The notes under the pieces: generated by a model
Database searches by the model: none
Seen by the model: only the letters and a program-made list of their open reading frames with translations
Told to the model about the DNA's origin: nothing
Translations under genes and position numbers: made by a program
DNA from: an uncultured Candidatus Rokubacteria bacterium
Lineage (GTDB): Bacteria; Methylomirabilota; Methylomirabilia; Rokubacteriales; CSP1-6
Direction of reading: 5' to 3'
NCBI GenBank assembly: GCA_963841755.1
Contig: CAWJDX010000010.1
Span: forward strand, 73,808-137,807
DNA length: 64,000 nt
In this document: positions 32,628 through 41,757 of the stretch, in pieces
Position numbering within the stretch: the first letter of the stretch is position 1
How the letters are laid out: each line of letters starts with the position of its first letter

Positions 32628-33667
32628 GCGACAAGACGATCCGCGTCGGCTTCGTGGGAGCCGGCGCCAACACCCGCAAGCATCATCTCCCCAAGCTCAA
32701 GGCCCAGCCCGGCGTGGAGCTGGTGGCGGTCGCGAACCGGTCGAAGGAGTCGGGCGAGCGGGTGGCCCGCGAGTTCGGCATCGGCCGGGTGCACGACGAC
32801 TGGCAGGAGATCGTCGAGGCGCCCGACATCGACGCGGTGTGCATCGGCACGTGGCCCTACATGCACAGCGTGATGAGCATCGCCGCGCTCGAGCGGGGCA
32901 AGCACGTGCTCTGCGAGGCGCGCATGGCCATGAACGCGGGCGAGGGCCGGCGCATGCTCGAGGCCTCGCGCAAGGCGCCGCACCTGATCGCCCAGCTCGT
33001 GCCCGCGCCCCACACCCTCGAGGTGGACGCGACCATCCAGACCCTGCTCGGCGAGGGCTTCGTCGGCGAGGTGCTGGCGGTCGAGCTGCAGGCCTCGGGC
33101 GGCCGCTTCGTCGAGCCGGACGCGCCGCTCACCTGGCGGCAGGACATCGGGCTGAGCGGCCACAACATCCTCAACATGGGGATCTGGTACGAGGCGATGA
33201 TGCGCTGGCTCGGCCCGGCCCAGCGGGTGACCGCGATGACCAAGGTCGCGGTGCCGCATCGCAAGGACGGAGCGGGCGCCCCGCACGAGGTGCGCGTGCC
33301 CGACCACGTGGACATCCTGGCCCAGTTCCGCGGCGGGGCGGTCGGTCACCTGCGCTTCAGCTCGGTGACCGGGCTGGCTCCCGCCTCCGAGGCCTGGATC
33401 TTCGGCAGCGAGGGCACCCTGCGGCTCGAGGCCGACACGCTCCGGCTCACCGGCGGCCGTCGCGGCGAGTCCGCCCTGCGCGAGATCCCGGTGCCGCCCA
33501 AGACGCGCATCGGGTGGCGGGTGGAGGAGGAGTTCGTCAACGCGATCCGGGGCCGCGAGAAGATCGCGCGCACCTCGTTCGAGGACGGCGTGCGCTACAT
33601 GGAGTTCACGGACGCGGTCACCCGCAGCGCCACCACCGGCCAGACCGTCGACGTGAAGGACCTCTAA
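32624..33667 (+). CDS. Gfo/Idh/MocA-family NAD(P)-dependent oxidoreductase
   Basis: MSDKTIRVGFVGAGANTRKHHLP…VLCEARMA…. The ATG overlaps the CinA stop (ATGA). Confidence 0.85.
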   Translation: MSDKTIRVGFVGAGANTRKHHLPKLKAQPGVELVAVANRSKESGERVAREFGIGRVHDDWQEIVEAPDIDAVCIGTWPYMHSVMSIAALERGKHVLCEARMAMNAGEGRRMLEASRKAPHLIAQLVPAPHTLEVDATIQTLLGEGFVGEVLAVELQASGGRFVEPDAPLTWRQDIGLSGHNILNMGIWYEAMMRWLGPAQRVTAMTKVAVPHRKDGAGAPHEVRVPDHVDILAQFRGGAVGHLRFSSVTGLAPASEAWIFGSEGTLRLEADTLRLTGGRRGESALREIPVPPKTRIGWRVEEEFVNAIRGREKIARTSFEDGVRYMEFTDAVTRSATTGQTVDVKDL

Positions 33668-33676
33668 CCCCTCTCC

Positions 33677-33699
33677 CCCTCTCCCCTCAGGGGAGAGGG
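33677..33699. repeat. REP-like hairpin, family B (CCCTCTCCCC tca GGGGAGAGGG followed by CAGGGTGAGGGG) at a convergent gene junction
   Basis: 10-bp perfect stem with a 3-nt loop, 10 nt after the stop at 33665-33667. A near-identical copy lies at 42696-42718. Confidence 0.65.
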
Positions 33700-33748
33700 C
33701 AGGGTGAGGGGTGGTCGAGGTGGGGGCGGCAGGGTGAGGCGGTCGGGA

Positions 33749-35542
33749 TTACCCGAGCCGGTACCAGTAGGCGATCCGGCCGAAGATCGAGTCCCACGAG
33801 TTGTGCTCGATCCCGGCCAGGCTGTTGACGGCGGCGTGGAGCACGTTGCGCCACGTGACCGGGATCACCACCGCGCTCTGCACCACCATGTCGTTCATCT
33901 TGATGAAGAGCGCGGCCCGCTTGACCGGGTCCATCTCGTTCTCCGCCTTGCGCCACAGCCGGTCGAACTCCGCGTTGCGCCAGCGGGCGATGTTGCGGCC
34001 GTTCCACCCGTTCTCCTTGGTCGGGACCTCCCAGGAGGCGAACTGGGCCATGAAGAGCTGGGGATCGAGGCCGGTGAACACGGTGTAGGTCTGCAGATCG
34101 GCGTGGAAGCGGACGTTGGTGTCCACGTTGCTCACGTCGGACGAGAAGAACACCGAGGCCGGGATGGCCTTCACCTCCATCTCGATCCCGGCCCGGGCCG
34201 CCCCCTGCTTGATCACGGTCTGGATCTTCTGCACCGTGGAGTTGGCCGCGGCCTGGAAGAGCAGGCGGAGGCGCCGGGTGTCCTTGGCCCGCACCCCGTC
34301 GGGGCCGCGGAGGTAGCCGGCCTGCTCCAGCACGTCGTTGGCCTTCTCGATGTTGAACTCCCAGGTGCTGTTGTGGGAGCGGAAGCGGTCCGGCGCGTTG
34401 AGGAAGTTGGCGGTGATCTGCCCGGTGCGGCCGACGAGGTGCTCCTGGATCGAGGTGCGGTCCACCGTCAGGCTCAGCGCGGTGCGCACCGCCTGGTCGG
34501 TCAGGACGGGATGCGGGGCCTTGAGGCTCGAGCGCTCGCCGTCCACCTCGCGCCACGGGTCGGTCTGGTTGCACTGGATGAAGCTCACCGCGCTGCTCGG
34601 GATCGTCATGACCCGGCCCTTGCCGCCCTGCTCGATCCGCCGGAGCACCTCCTCCTCGATCAGCACGTAGTAGGCGAAGTCGTACTCGCCGGTCTGTAGC
34701 ACCGCGCGCGCCGCGCCCACCGCGTCGCCGCCGCACTTGATGTCGAGGCGGTCGAAGAACGGGCGATTCGGGACGTGGTAGCCCTTGTGGAGCTCGGCGC
34801 GGATCAGGTCGCCGGGCCGGAACTCGGCGAGCCGGTAGGGCCCGGTGCCGACCGCGGGGATCATGCCGATCGCCTCGCGCGCGCCGGCGCCCTTGACCGG
34901 TCTGGAAGATGTGGCGCGGCAGCAGGCCCCCGCCGGTGAACGCGGAGGCCCAGTAGGGCTGCGGCTTCTTGAAGATCGACCTTGATCGTGTACTGGTCGA
35001 GCCGCTCGATCCGGGTGATGTCCTCGTAGGAGGCGCGGGTGCCCGCCGCGGTGGCCGGATCGAGGGCGAACTCCCAGTTGAAGATGACGTCGTCCGCGGT
35101 GAACGGGGCGCCGTCGTGCCACACCACGTTGCGCTTGAGCCGCCAGATCACCCACTGGCCGTCCTTGGCGAGGCGTATTGGCCTTGCGGCTCGGGATGTC
35201 CTCGGCCAGCACCGGCACCAGGGTGCCGTCGGGCGCCGCGGCGGCGAGCGGCTCGTAGAAGATGCGCTGGACCGTGAAGTCGCGCAGGCCCCGGCCGAAG
35301 TGCGGGTGCAGCAGGGTGGGGGCGTCCCACATCAGGATCCGGAGGGTGCCGCCGCCGCCGCGCCGGGTCGGCGTGAACTCGGCCTCGCGGGGCTGGGCGG
35401 TCGCGACCCCCGCCGCGCCCAGGAGGGACCCCGCCATCGGGGCGCCGAGCCCGACCGCGGCCATCGCCTGCACGAAGCTCCGCCGGGTGAGGCGGCCGTC
35501 CTTCACACACGCGATCAGCTCGCGCAGCCTGTGCTCGTCCAT
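33749..35542 (-). CDS. ABC transporter substrate-binding protein, family 5, with Tat signal; internal segment out of frame (compensating shifts)
   Basis: Tat signal: RRSFVQAMAAVGLGAPMAGSLLGAAGVATA. The 597-aa ORF is open, but residues encoded around 34860-35190 are nonsense (…ANTPRQGRPVGDLAAQAQRGVARRRP…). The expected …WRLKRNVVWHDGAPFTADDVIFNWEF… is in ORF 34861..35151. Confidence 0.8.
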   Translation of the reverse strand: MDEHRLRELIACVKDGRLTRRSFVQAMAAVGLGAPMAGSLLGAAGVATAQPREAEFTPTRRGGGGTLRILMWDAPTLLHPHFGRGLRDFTVQRIFYEPLAAAAPDGTLVPVLAEDIPSRKANTPRQGRPVGDLAAQAQRGVARRRPVHRGRRHLQLGVRPRSGHRGGHPRLLRGHHPDRAARPVHDQGRSSRSRSPTGPPRSPAGACCRATSSRPVKGAGAREAIGMIPAVGTGPYRLAEFRPGDLIRAELHKGYHVPNRPFFDRLDIKCGGDAVGAARAVLQTGEYDFAYYVLIEEEVLRRIEQGGKGRVMTIPSSAVSFIQCNQTDPWREVDGERSSLKAPHPVLTDQAVRTALSLTVDRTSIQEHLVGRTGQITANFLNAPDRFRSHNSTWEFNIEKANDVLEQAGYLRGPDGVRAKDTRRLRLLFQAAANSTVQKIQTVIKQGAARAGIEMEVKAIPASVFFSSDVSNVDTNVRFHADLQTYTVFTGLDPQLFMAQFASWEVPTKENGWNGRNIARWRNAEFDRLWRKAENEMDPVKRAALFIKMNDMVVQSAVVIPVTWRNVLHAAVNSLAGIEHNSWDSIFGRIAYWYRLG

Positions 35543-35580
35543 GTGCCTCCGAGGGGTCCGCGTGGGTAGAGGGTCCGACA

Positions 35581-35609
35581 GCGATAACGCGAGGACGCCT
35601 CGAAGTCAA
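35581..35609 (-). promoter_or_regulatory. Candidate sigma-70 promoter of the 33749-35542 binding-protein gene
   Basis: The minus strand reads TTGACT-17 nt-TATCGC, about 40 nt upstream of the ATG. GGAGG is the RBS. Confidence 0.35.
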
Positions 35610-35777
35610 GGGCGCCTGTGTCCGGAGCCGCGAGACTCGGCCGCTCCGAGCAGCCGTCGCCGGTCGAGAGGCGAATAAAGTTGATCGGCAAATTCGTCCG
35701 AGCTGGGACGGCGACTCCTGAATTGCCGGGATGATACACGAACGTTACGCAGTGCGCAGCGACGCCTCCGGAAAGCT

Positions 35778-35793
35778 TGGCGATAAATTCGCT
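35778..35793 (+). promoter_or_regulatory. Weak sigma-54-like motif upstream of the beta-barrel-like gene
   Basis: TGGCGAtaaatTCGCt: GG-N10-GC spacing is correct but 3 core mismatches. It lies 40 nt upstream of the ATG at 35832. Confidence 0.2.
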
Positions 35794-35831
35794 CGGATCG
35801 TAGACTCGTCATAGAAGAACGCACGGCCCGC

Positions 35832-37224
35832 ATGATCATGACCCGCCCGCTGATCGCTTTCGCAACCCTGCTCCTCTCGCTGGCGCTGCCGGTCGGCATC
35901 GCGCACGCGGGCGAGGACTGGCCGGTCGATCCCGGCGTCGCGGAGCGCCCCCCGGATCTCCCGTCCTGGCTGATCGCCTCCCGGCTCGGCCGGCCGCTCG
36001 ACGACAGCTCCCGTGATGACGCCATGGGCGGCGGCGGCCTCAGCGACCTGGGCGCGGTGCTGCTGCGCCAGGGTCCCGGCGCCCCGATCAATCCCGATCC
36101 CCTCACGCTCCGGACGTCCGGCGAGGACTCGACCGACCTGCGCGCGCTCCTCGGGCGGGGCGATCGCTGGCACCTGATGAGCTTCGGCGCCGCGGCCGCC
36201 AACCGGCCGCAGGACATGAAGGTGACCGCGTACGGGGCCGTGGCCTATCTACCGGGCCTGTCGAGCTCCCGGCCCGACGGTAGTCTCGGCTTCGGGCCGG
36301 CCACCGCGCCCGGCGCGGCCTTCGGCCTCGGCCTGGACGATCCGGAGGAGCCGGTGTCGCTCGGCTTCAAGGGCGAGCTCGCCGGCCTCGGGCTCGAGGG
36401 CGGCGCGGAGTACCGCTCGGTCGGCAAGCGACTCGAGCGGGTCGTGACCGGGCCCGCTTCCCAGAAGGACCGGGAGGGCACCGAGGTCTGGCTGGCCCAG
36501 ACCCTCGGCCTGCTGCGGCTCAAGCTGTCGCAGTCCGATCTCTCCGACAACGTGGACCGGGATCCCGCGCTGCCCCGGACCACCAAGGTCCAGACCGCGG
36601 TCAGCGCGCAGCTCGCCCCGCGCGACTGGCCGATCTTCGGCCTCACCTACGCCACCGGGGACTCCGAGCGCACCTGGCTCACCGGCGAGGGCCGCACCCG
36701 CACGATCGAGCGCCAGACCTTCGACAGCGTGGCCGGGTCGGCGTACTACGGGGCGCGGTGGTTCGATCTCTCGGGGACCTCCACCTACAGCTACAGTCGA
36801 GAGCCCGGCCGATCCGATCGCGACATGAACTCGCTCTACCACGACCTGAGCCTCACCCTGCGCCCGGTCAACGTCCTGTCCGTCACCCCCTCCGTCAGCA
36901 GCGGGGTGGACCGGTACGAGTGGTCGTCCACCCGCTACCAGTTCGGCTCGGCCTCGCTCCTGCTCACCTACACGCCGCCCGCGAGCCGCTTCAGCCTGTG
37001 GACGCTCGGGGCCTACACCACGTCCCAGAGCACGGACCGCATCGGTGGACGGGCGCACCATGAGCGTGAGCGGGGGGCTGGCGTGCGGGCTCGGCCGGAT
37101 CCTCGGGGGACAGGCGAGCGTCGCGGTCCAGGCCGGCTACGATCGCTACGTGGACGGGATCTACCCCGACAGCTCGACGCGCGGGGCCTTCGGGCTGGTC
37201 CTCTTGAAGGTCGCCGCCTTCTAG
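35832..37224 (+). CDS. Hypothetical exported protein, possible outer-membrane beta-barrel, one apparent frameshift near 37045
   Basis: Signal peptide MIMTRPLIAFATLLLSLALPVGIAHA. Alternating-polarity segments (…SVAGSAYYGARWFDLSGTSTYSYS…, …SLLLTYTP…). After the shift the C-terminus is …GAFGLVLLKVAAF* (terminal Phe). Confidence 0.5.
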
Positions 37225-37254
37225 CCGTTCCCCGCCTCCGCGGGCGGCGGCGGG

Positions 37255-38085
37255 TCAGCCGTGCCGGAGCCGCGGATCCAGGAAGTCCTGCAGCGCGTCG
37301 CCGAGGATATTGAGCGACAGCACCACCACGAAGATCGCCAGCCCCGGCAGCAGCGCCACGTGCGGGCGCAGGATCACGAAGGTGCGCGCGGTGGCCAGCA
37401 TGCTGCCCCAGTCCGCGGTGGGCGGCTGCGTGCCCAGGCCGAGGAAGCTGAGCCCGGCGGTGGCGAGGATCTTGGCCCCGACGTCGAGGCTCCACGCCAC
37501 CACCACCGGCGCCAGCAGGTGGGGCAGGAGGTGGCGGCGCAGGATCGACCGGTCGCTGCTGCCGAGGGCGCGCGCCGCCTCCACGAACTCACGCTCCCGC
37601 AGGGAGAGGACCAGGCCCCGCGCCAGGCGCGTGTAGAGGGGAAAGCCCACGATCGCGATCGCCACCATCGCGTTCGCGAGGCCGGGGCCGAGGCCGGCCA
37701 CGATGGCGATGGCGAGCAGGATGTAGGGGAACGCCATCAGGATGTCGGTCAGGCGCATCACCACCGTGTCCACCCGCCCGCCCCAGTAGCCGGCGTGCAC
37801 CCCGAGGAGCCCGCCGACCAGCATCGAGACGCTCGCGGTGGCGAACCCGGCCAGCAGCGAGATCCGGCCGCCCCACACCAGGCGGGCCAGCATGTCGCGC
37901 CCGAACTCGTCGGTACCGAGCAGGTGGCCGGGGCTGCCGGGCGGGCGCAGCCGGTTGCGGGTGTCGACCGCGTCGGGATCGAGCAGCGGCAGGTAGGGCG
38001 CGAGCAGCGCGGCGAGCACCGCCGCGGCCATGACGAGGCCCGCGGCGAGGGCGAGCTGGTTGCGGAACAGGTGTGGAACTCTCAT
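37255..38085 (-). CDS. ABC transporter permease (DppC/OppC-like)
   Basis: Intact 276 aa: …HLLGTDEFGRDMLARLVWG… and EAA-loop-like …EAARALGSSDRSILRRHLLP…. Confidence 0.9.
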   Translation of the reverse strand: MRVPHLFRNQLALAAGLVMAAAVLAALLAPYLPLLDPDAVDTRNRLRPPGSPGHLLGTDEFGRDMLARLVWGGRISLLAGFATASVSMLVGGLLGVHAGYWGGRVDTVVMRLTDILMAFPYILLAIAIVAGLGPGLANAMVAIAIVGFPLYTRLARGLVLSLREREFVEAARALGSSDRSILRRHLLPHLLAPVVVAWSLDVGAKILATAGLSFLGLGTQPPTADWGSMLATARTFVILRPHVALLPGLAIFVVVLSLNILGDALQDFLDPRLRHG

Positions 38086-38095
38086 TCGGGGGAGC

Positions 38096-39046
38096 TCACT
38101 CGTAGCGAATGCGGGGATCCAGGAAGGCGTAGAGCAGATCGACGGCCAGGTTGAAGAGCACGAAGCCGAGCGCGATCACCAGCACGCAGCCCTGCACGAG
38201 CGGGAAGTCGCGCGCGAGGATGCCCTGGATCATCAGGGTGCCCACCCCCGGCCACGCGAACACGGTCTCGGTGAGGATCGCGCCGCCCAGCAGGTAGCCG
38301 GCCTGCACGCCCACCACCGTCACCGTCGGGATCAGCGCGTTGCGCAGCGCGTGGCGCAGCACGACCCCGCGCTCCACCAGGCCCTTGGCGCGAGCGGTGC
38401 GCACGAAGTCCTGGCGCAGGATGTCGAGCATGGTGCTGCGGGTGAGCCGCGCGATGATGGTCGTGGACGCGGCGGCCAGGGTGACCGCGGGCAGGGCCAG
38501 GTGGCTCAGCAGATCGGCGAGGCCGCCGGTGCCGTGCGCGCCGTACATCCCGGAGGCGGGAAGCCAGCCGAGCCAGAGCGAGAAGCACACCATGAGGACG
38601 AGCCCCAGCCAGAAGCTCGGCATGCTCGCGCCGAAGATGGAGCCGAGCGTGCTGAGCCGGTCCACGAGCGACCGCGGGCGCGCCGCCGAGAGCACTCCGA
38701 GCGCGATGCCGCATACGGTGGAGAGGAAGAGCGCGGTGGTGGTGAGGAGGAGGGTGGCCCGGAAGCGGATCAGCACCTCGCCGAGCACCGGCTGGCGCAG
38801 CCGGATGGACCGGCCGAGATCGCCCTGGAGCACGTGGGCCATCCAGCGCGCGTACTGCAGCGGCAGCGGCTCGTCGAGCCCCAGGTCGGCCCGCAGGCGC
38901 GCCACGTCCTCCTGGCTCGCCTGCGACCCCAGCATGATCTCGGCGGGATCCCCGGGGGACAGGTGCAGGACGAGGAACACCACCACCGAGACCCCGAGCA
39001 GGACCGGCACCAGCAGGAGCAGACGCCGGAGGAGGTAGCGTCCCAC
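38096..39046 (-). CDS. ABC transporter permease (DppB/OppB-like)
   Basis: Intact 316 aa: MGRYLLRRLLLLVPVLLGVSVVVF…TARAKGL…LDPRIRYE. Confidence 0.9.
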   Translation of the reverse strand: MGRYLLRRLLLLVPVLLGVSVVVFLVLHLSPGDPAEIMLGSQASQEDVARLRADLGLDEPLPLQYARWMAHVLQGDLGRSIRLRQPVLGEVLIRFRATLLLTTTALFLSTVCGIALGVLSAARPRSLVDRLSTLGSIFGASMPSFWLGLVLMVCFSLWLGWLPASGMYGAHGTGGLADLLSHLALPAVTLAAASTTIIARLTRSTMLDILRQDFVRTARAKGLVERGVVLRHALRNALIPTVTVVGVQAGYLLGGAILTETVFAWPGVGTLMIQGILARDFPLVQGCVLVIALGFVLFNLAVDLLYAFLDPRIRYE

Positions 39047-39056
39047 CGGGCGCCGG

Positions 39057-40625
39057 CTACTTGAGCGAGATCGTCTCCACGCGCAGGTCGAAGCTCGGGT
39101 GGAGCTTGAAGCCCTGCACGCGCTTGGCGAACGCGGCGGTCTGCACCTCGTGGTCGATGAAGATCCACGGCGGGTCGTCGTGGAGCAGCCGCTGGGCCTC
39201 GCGGTAGAGCTGGGCGCGCTTGGCCTGGTCGGTGGTGAGGCGCGCCTGGGTCAGCACCTCGTCGAAGCGGGGGTTCTTGTACATGGCCCGGTTCGGCCCC
39301 ACCGGGGTCCACTGGCTCGAGTGCAGCAGCGGGTACATCACGAGGTCGGGGTCCTCGGAGCCGGCCATCCAGGACAGGGCGAACATGTCCTGCTCCTTGG
39401 TGCGCAGCTTGGCCAGGAAGGTGCCCCACTCCATGGTCTGGAGCGTCACGTTCACGCCGACCGCCTTGAGGTTCGACTGGATGATCGTGCTCATCGCCAC
39501 CGGCGACTGCATGCCCGATCCCGACTCGGGCACCCACAGCGTGGTGGAGAAGCCGCTCGCGAGGCCGGCCTCGGCCAGGAGCTTCTTGGCGCGCTCCGGG
39601 TCGTAGGGGAACGGCTTGATCCCGCCCTCGTCGCCCCAGGTGCCGGGCAGCACCGGGCCCTTGGAGACGGCCCCGGTGCCCTTGAGCACGTCGCGGACGA
39701 TCGCCTCCTTGTCGACCGCGTAGTTGAGCGCCTGGCGCACCCGCTTGTCGTCGAAGGGCTTCTTCGAATTGTTGAAGCCGAGGTACCAGACGTGCGCGCC
39801 CACCTGCCGCTGCAGGGTCACCTTCGGATGGTTCTCGAGCTGGGCCACGAAGTCGGGCGGGGTGCCCACGATCAGGTCGAGGGCGCCGGTGAGCAGCTCG
39901 GTCAGCCGCGCCTGGTCCTCGGTGACCGAGCGGAAGATCACGCGGTCCACCTTGACCGGGAAGCGCCAGTAGGTCGGGTTCTTCTCGAGGACCACGCGCT
40001 GGCCGCGGTCCCACTGGACGAACTTGAACGGGCCGGTGCCGACCGGAGCCACCGCGTAGTCCAGGCCCGCCTTCATCGCCGCGGTGGGGCTCACGATCGA
40101 GGCCGCTCCCGCGGTGAGGACGGCCAGGAAGGAGGCGCGGGCCTCCTTCAGGATGAACCGGACGGTGGCATCGTCCATGACCTCGACCGCCTTGACGTTG
40201 CCGAAGAAGTAGGCCGCGAAGGGATACTTGCCGAGCTTGCTCGCGGGGTGCTCGGGGTTGATCTGCCGCTCGATGGAGAACTTCACCGCCGCGGCGTTGA
40301 ACGGGGTGCCGTCGTGGAAGGCGATCCCCTTGCGGAGCTTGAAGGTGTAGTTGAGCCCGTCCTTCGAGATGGTCCAGGACTCGGCGAGGCCCGGAACGAT
40401 CTGGGTGGACTCGTCCGCGAAGGCGACCAGGGTCTCCACGACCCGCCGGCCGACGCGATTCGAGTTGAGATCGGTGACCTGGGCCGGGTCGAGGGCCACC
40501 GGCTCCGCCACCAGGCCGACCACCAGAGTGTTGGCGAGCTGAGCCTCCGACGGCCTTTCGCCCGCCGCCACCAGGACGAGAAGCGCCACCGACAAAGCCG
40601 ACCACCACCGCGGTCCGAGTCTCAT
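39057..40625 (-). CDS. ABC transporter substrate-binding protein, family 5
   Basis: Start at MRLGPRWWSALSVALLVLVAAG (aa 30 of ORF 39057..40712) with GAGGAGG upstream. Contains …FKLRKGIAFHDGTPFNA…VGTGPFKF…. Confidence 0.9.
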   Translation of the reverse strand: MRLGPRWWSALSVALLVLVAAGERPSEAQLANTLVVGLVAEPVALDPAQVTDLNSNRVGRRVVETLVAFADESTQIVPGLAESWTISKDGLNYTFKLRKGIAFHDGTPFNAAAVKFSIERQINPEHPASKLGKYPFAAYFFGNVKAVEVMDDATVRFILKEARASFLAVLTAGAASIVSPTAAMKAGLDYAVAPVGTGPFKFVQWDRGQRVVLEKNPTYWRFPVKVDRVIFRSVTEDQARLTELLTGALDLIVGTPPDFVAQLENHPKVTLQRQVGAHVWYLGFNNSKKPFDDKRVRQALNYAVDKEAIVRDVLKGTGAVSKGPVLPGTWGDEGGIKPFPYDPERAKKLLAEAGLASGFSTTLWVPESGSGMQSPVAMSTIIQSNLKAVGVNVTLQTMEWGTFLAKLRTKEQDMFALSWMAGSEDPDLVMYPLLHSSQWTPVGPNRAMYKNPRFDEVLTQARLTTDQAKRAQLYREAQRLLHDDPPWIFIDHEVQTAAFAKRVQGFKLHPSFDLRVETISLK

Positions 40626-40690
40626 CACGATTGCCTCCTCAGTCATGGGAGCCGCCGAGCGCGCCGAGTATAGCATCGGGCGCGGCGCCC

Positions 40691-40719
40691 TTGACATCGC
40701 GGGCGCCCCCACCTAGGGT
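40691..40719 (+). promoter_or_regulatory. Candidate sigma-70 promoter of the tandem LLM genes
   Basis: TTGACA-17 nt-TAGGGT, about 28 nt upstream of the AAAGGAG RBS and ATG at 40747. A TATACT -10-like box for the divergent SBP operon lies at 40667-40672 (minus). Confidence 0.45.
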
Positions 40720-40746
40720 GTTGCCCGGCGAGCGAAAGGAGACCTC

Positions 40747-41744
40747 ATGGCCAAGCTCAAGTTCGGGGCGTGGATTCCCACCTACGCGTGGAGCGGCAAG
40801 AAGACGGATCCGAAGAACATGCAGCGGATCCGCGAGTCGATCGTGAAGTGCGAGAAGTACGGCATCGACGTGTGGGTGATCGACCACCTGCTGTCCGCGC
40901 CCGGACTCTACGGCAACGCCTGGCTCGAGCCGCTCTCCTCGCTCGCCTACGCGGCCGCCCTGACCTCGAAGGTCGACATCGCCACCGGCATCCTGGTGCT
41001 GCCGGTGCGCCATCCGGTGCTGCTGGCCAAGGAGATCTCGACGCTCTGCCACCTCTCGAACAACCGCTACGTGTTCGGGGTGGGCCCCGGCTGGTACGCG
41101 CGCGAGTACGAGGTGACCGGCTCCCGCATCCAGGAGCGCGGCAAGCGGACCGACGAGATCATCGAGGCGGTGACCCTGCTGCTCACCAAGCCGAACGCGA
41201 GCTACCACGGGAAGTTCTACCACTTCGACGACGTCACCATCGACCCGCGGCCCCCGAAGATGCCGAAGATCTGGGTCTCCGGCGGCTCGCGCGTGCCGGA
41301 CCCCGGCGAGCACGACGTGCCGGTGATCGCCACCACCGTGATGGACCGCATCGTGAAGGCGGGCAACTGGCTCTCGCGCTGCTCGGGCACCCAGGACTGG
41401 GTGAAGCGGGACTGGGGGCTGCTCCAGCAGCACGCGAAGAGCCTCGGGCGCGATCCGAAGAAGCTCACCTTCGGGCACTGCAACTTCATCCACCTGGTGG
41501 ACACCCCGAGCCACGCCAAGGCGGTGGCCGCGTCGAAGGCGCCCGTTCATCAAGACGATGGGCACCCACCGGACCTACGAGCACCTGCAGGAGTCCTACA
41601 TGATCGGGTCGATCGATCACATCAACACGCGCATCGACGATCTCGTGAAGGCGGGGCTCAAGTACCTCGTGCTGGGGCCGGTGACCGACGATCCGGCCCA
41701 GATCGACCTCCTGGCCAAGAAGGTGATGACCGCACTTCAAGTAG
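40747..41744 (+). CDS. LLM-class flavin/F420-dependent oxidoreductase (1 of a tandem pair), two apparent frameshifts
   Basis: MAKLKFGAWIPTYAW…VWVIDHLLS…GVGPGWYAREYE…KIWVSGGS…. Shift near 41545 to …MGTHRTYEHLQESYMIGSIDHI…. A single extra base near 41729 hides the typical end …KKVMPHFK* (TAG 41742-41744). Confidence 0.75.
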
Positions 41745-41757
41745 GCGAGCCGCCCCC

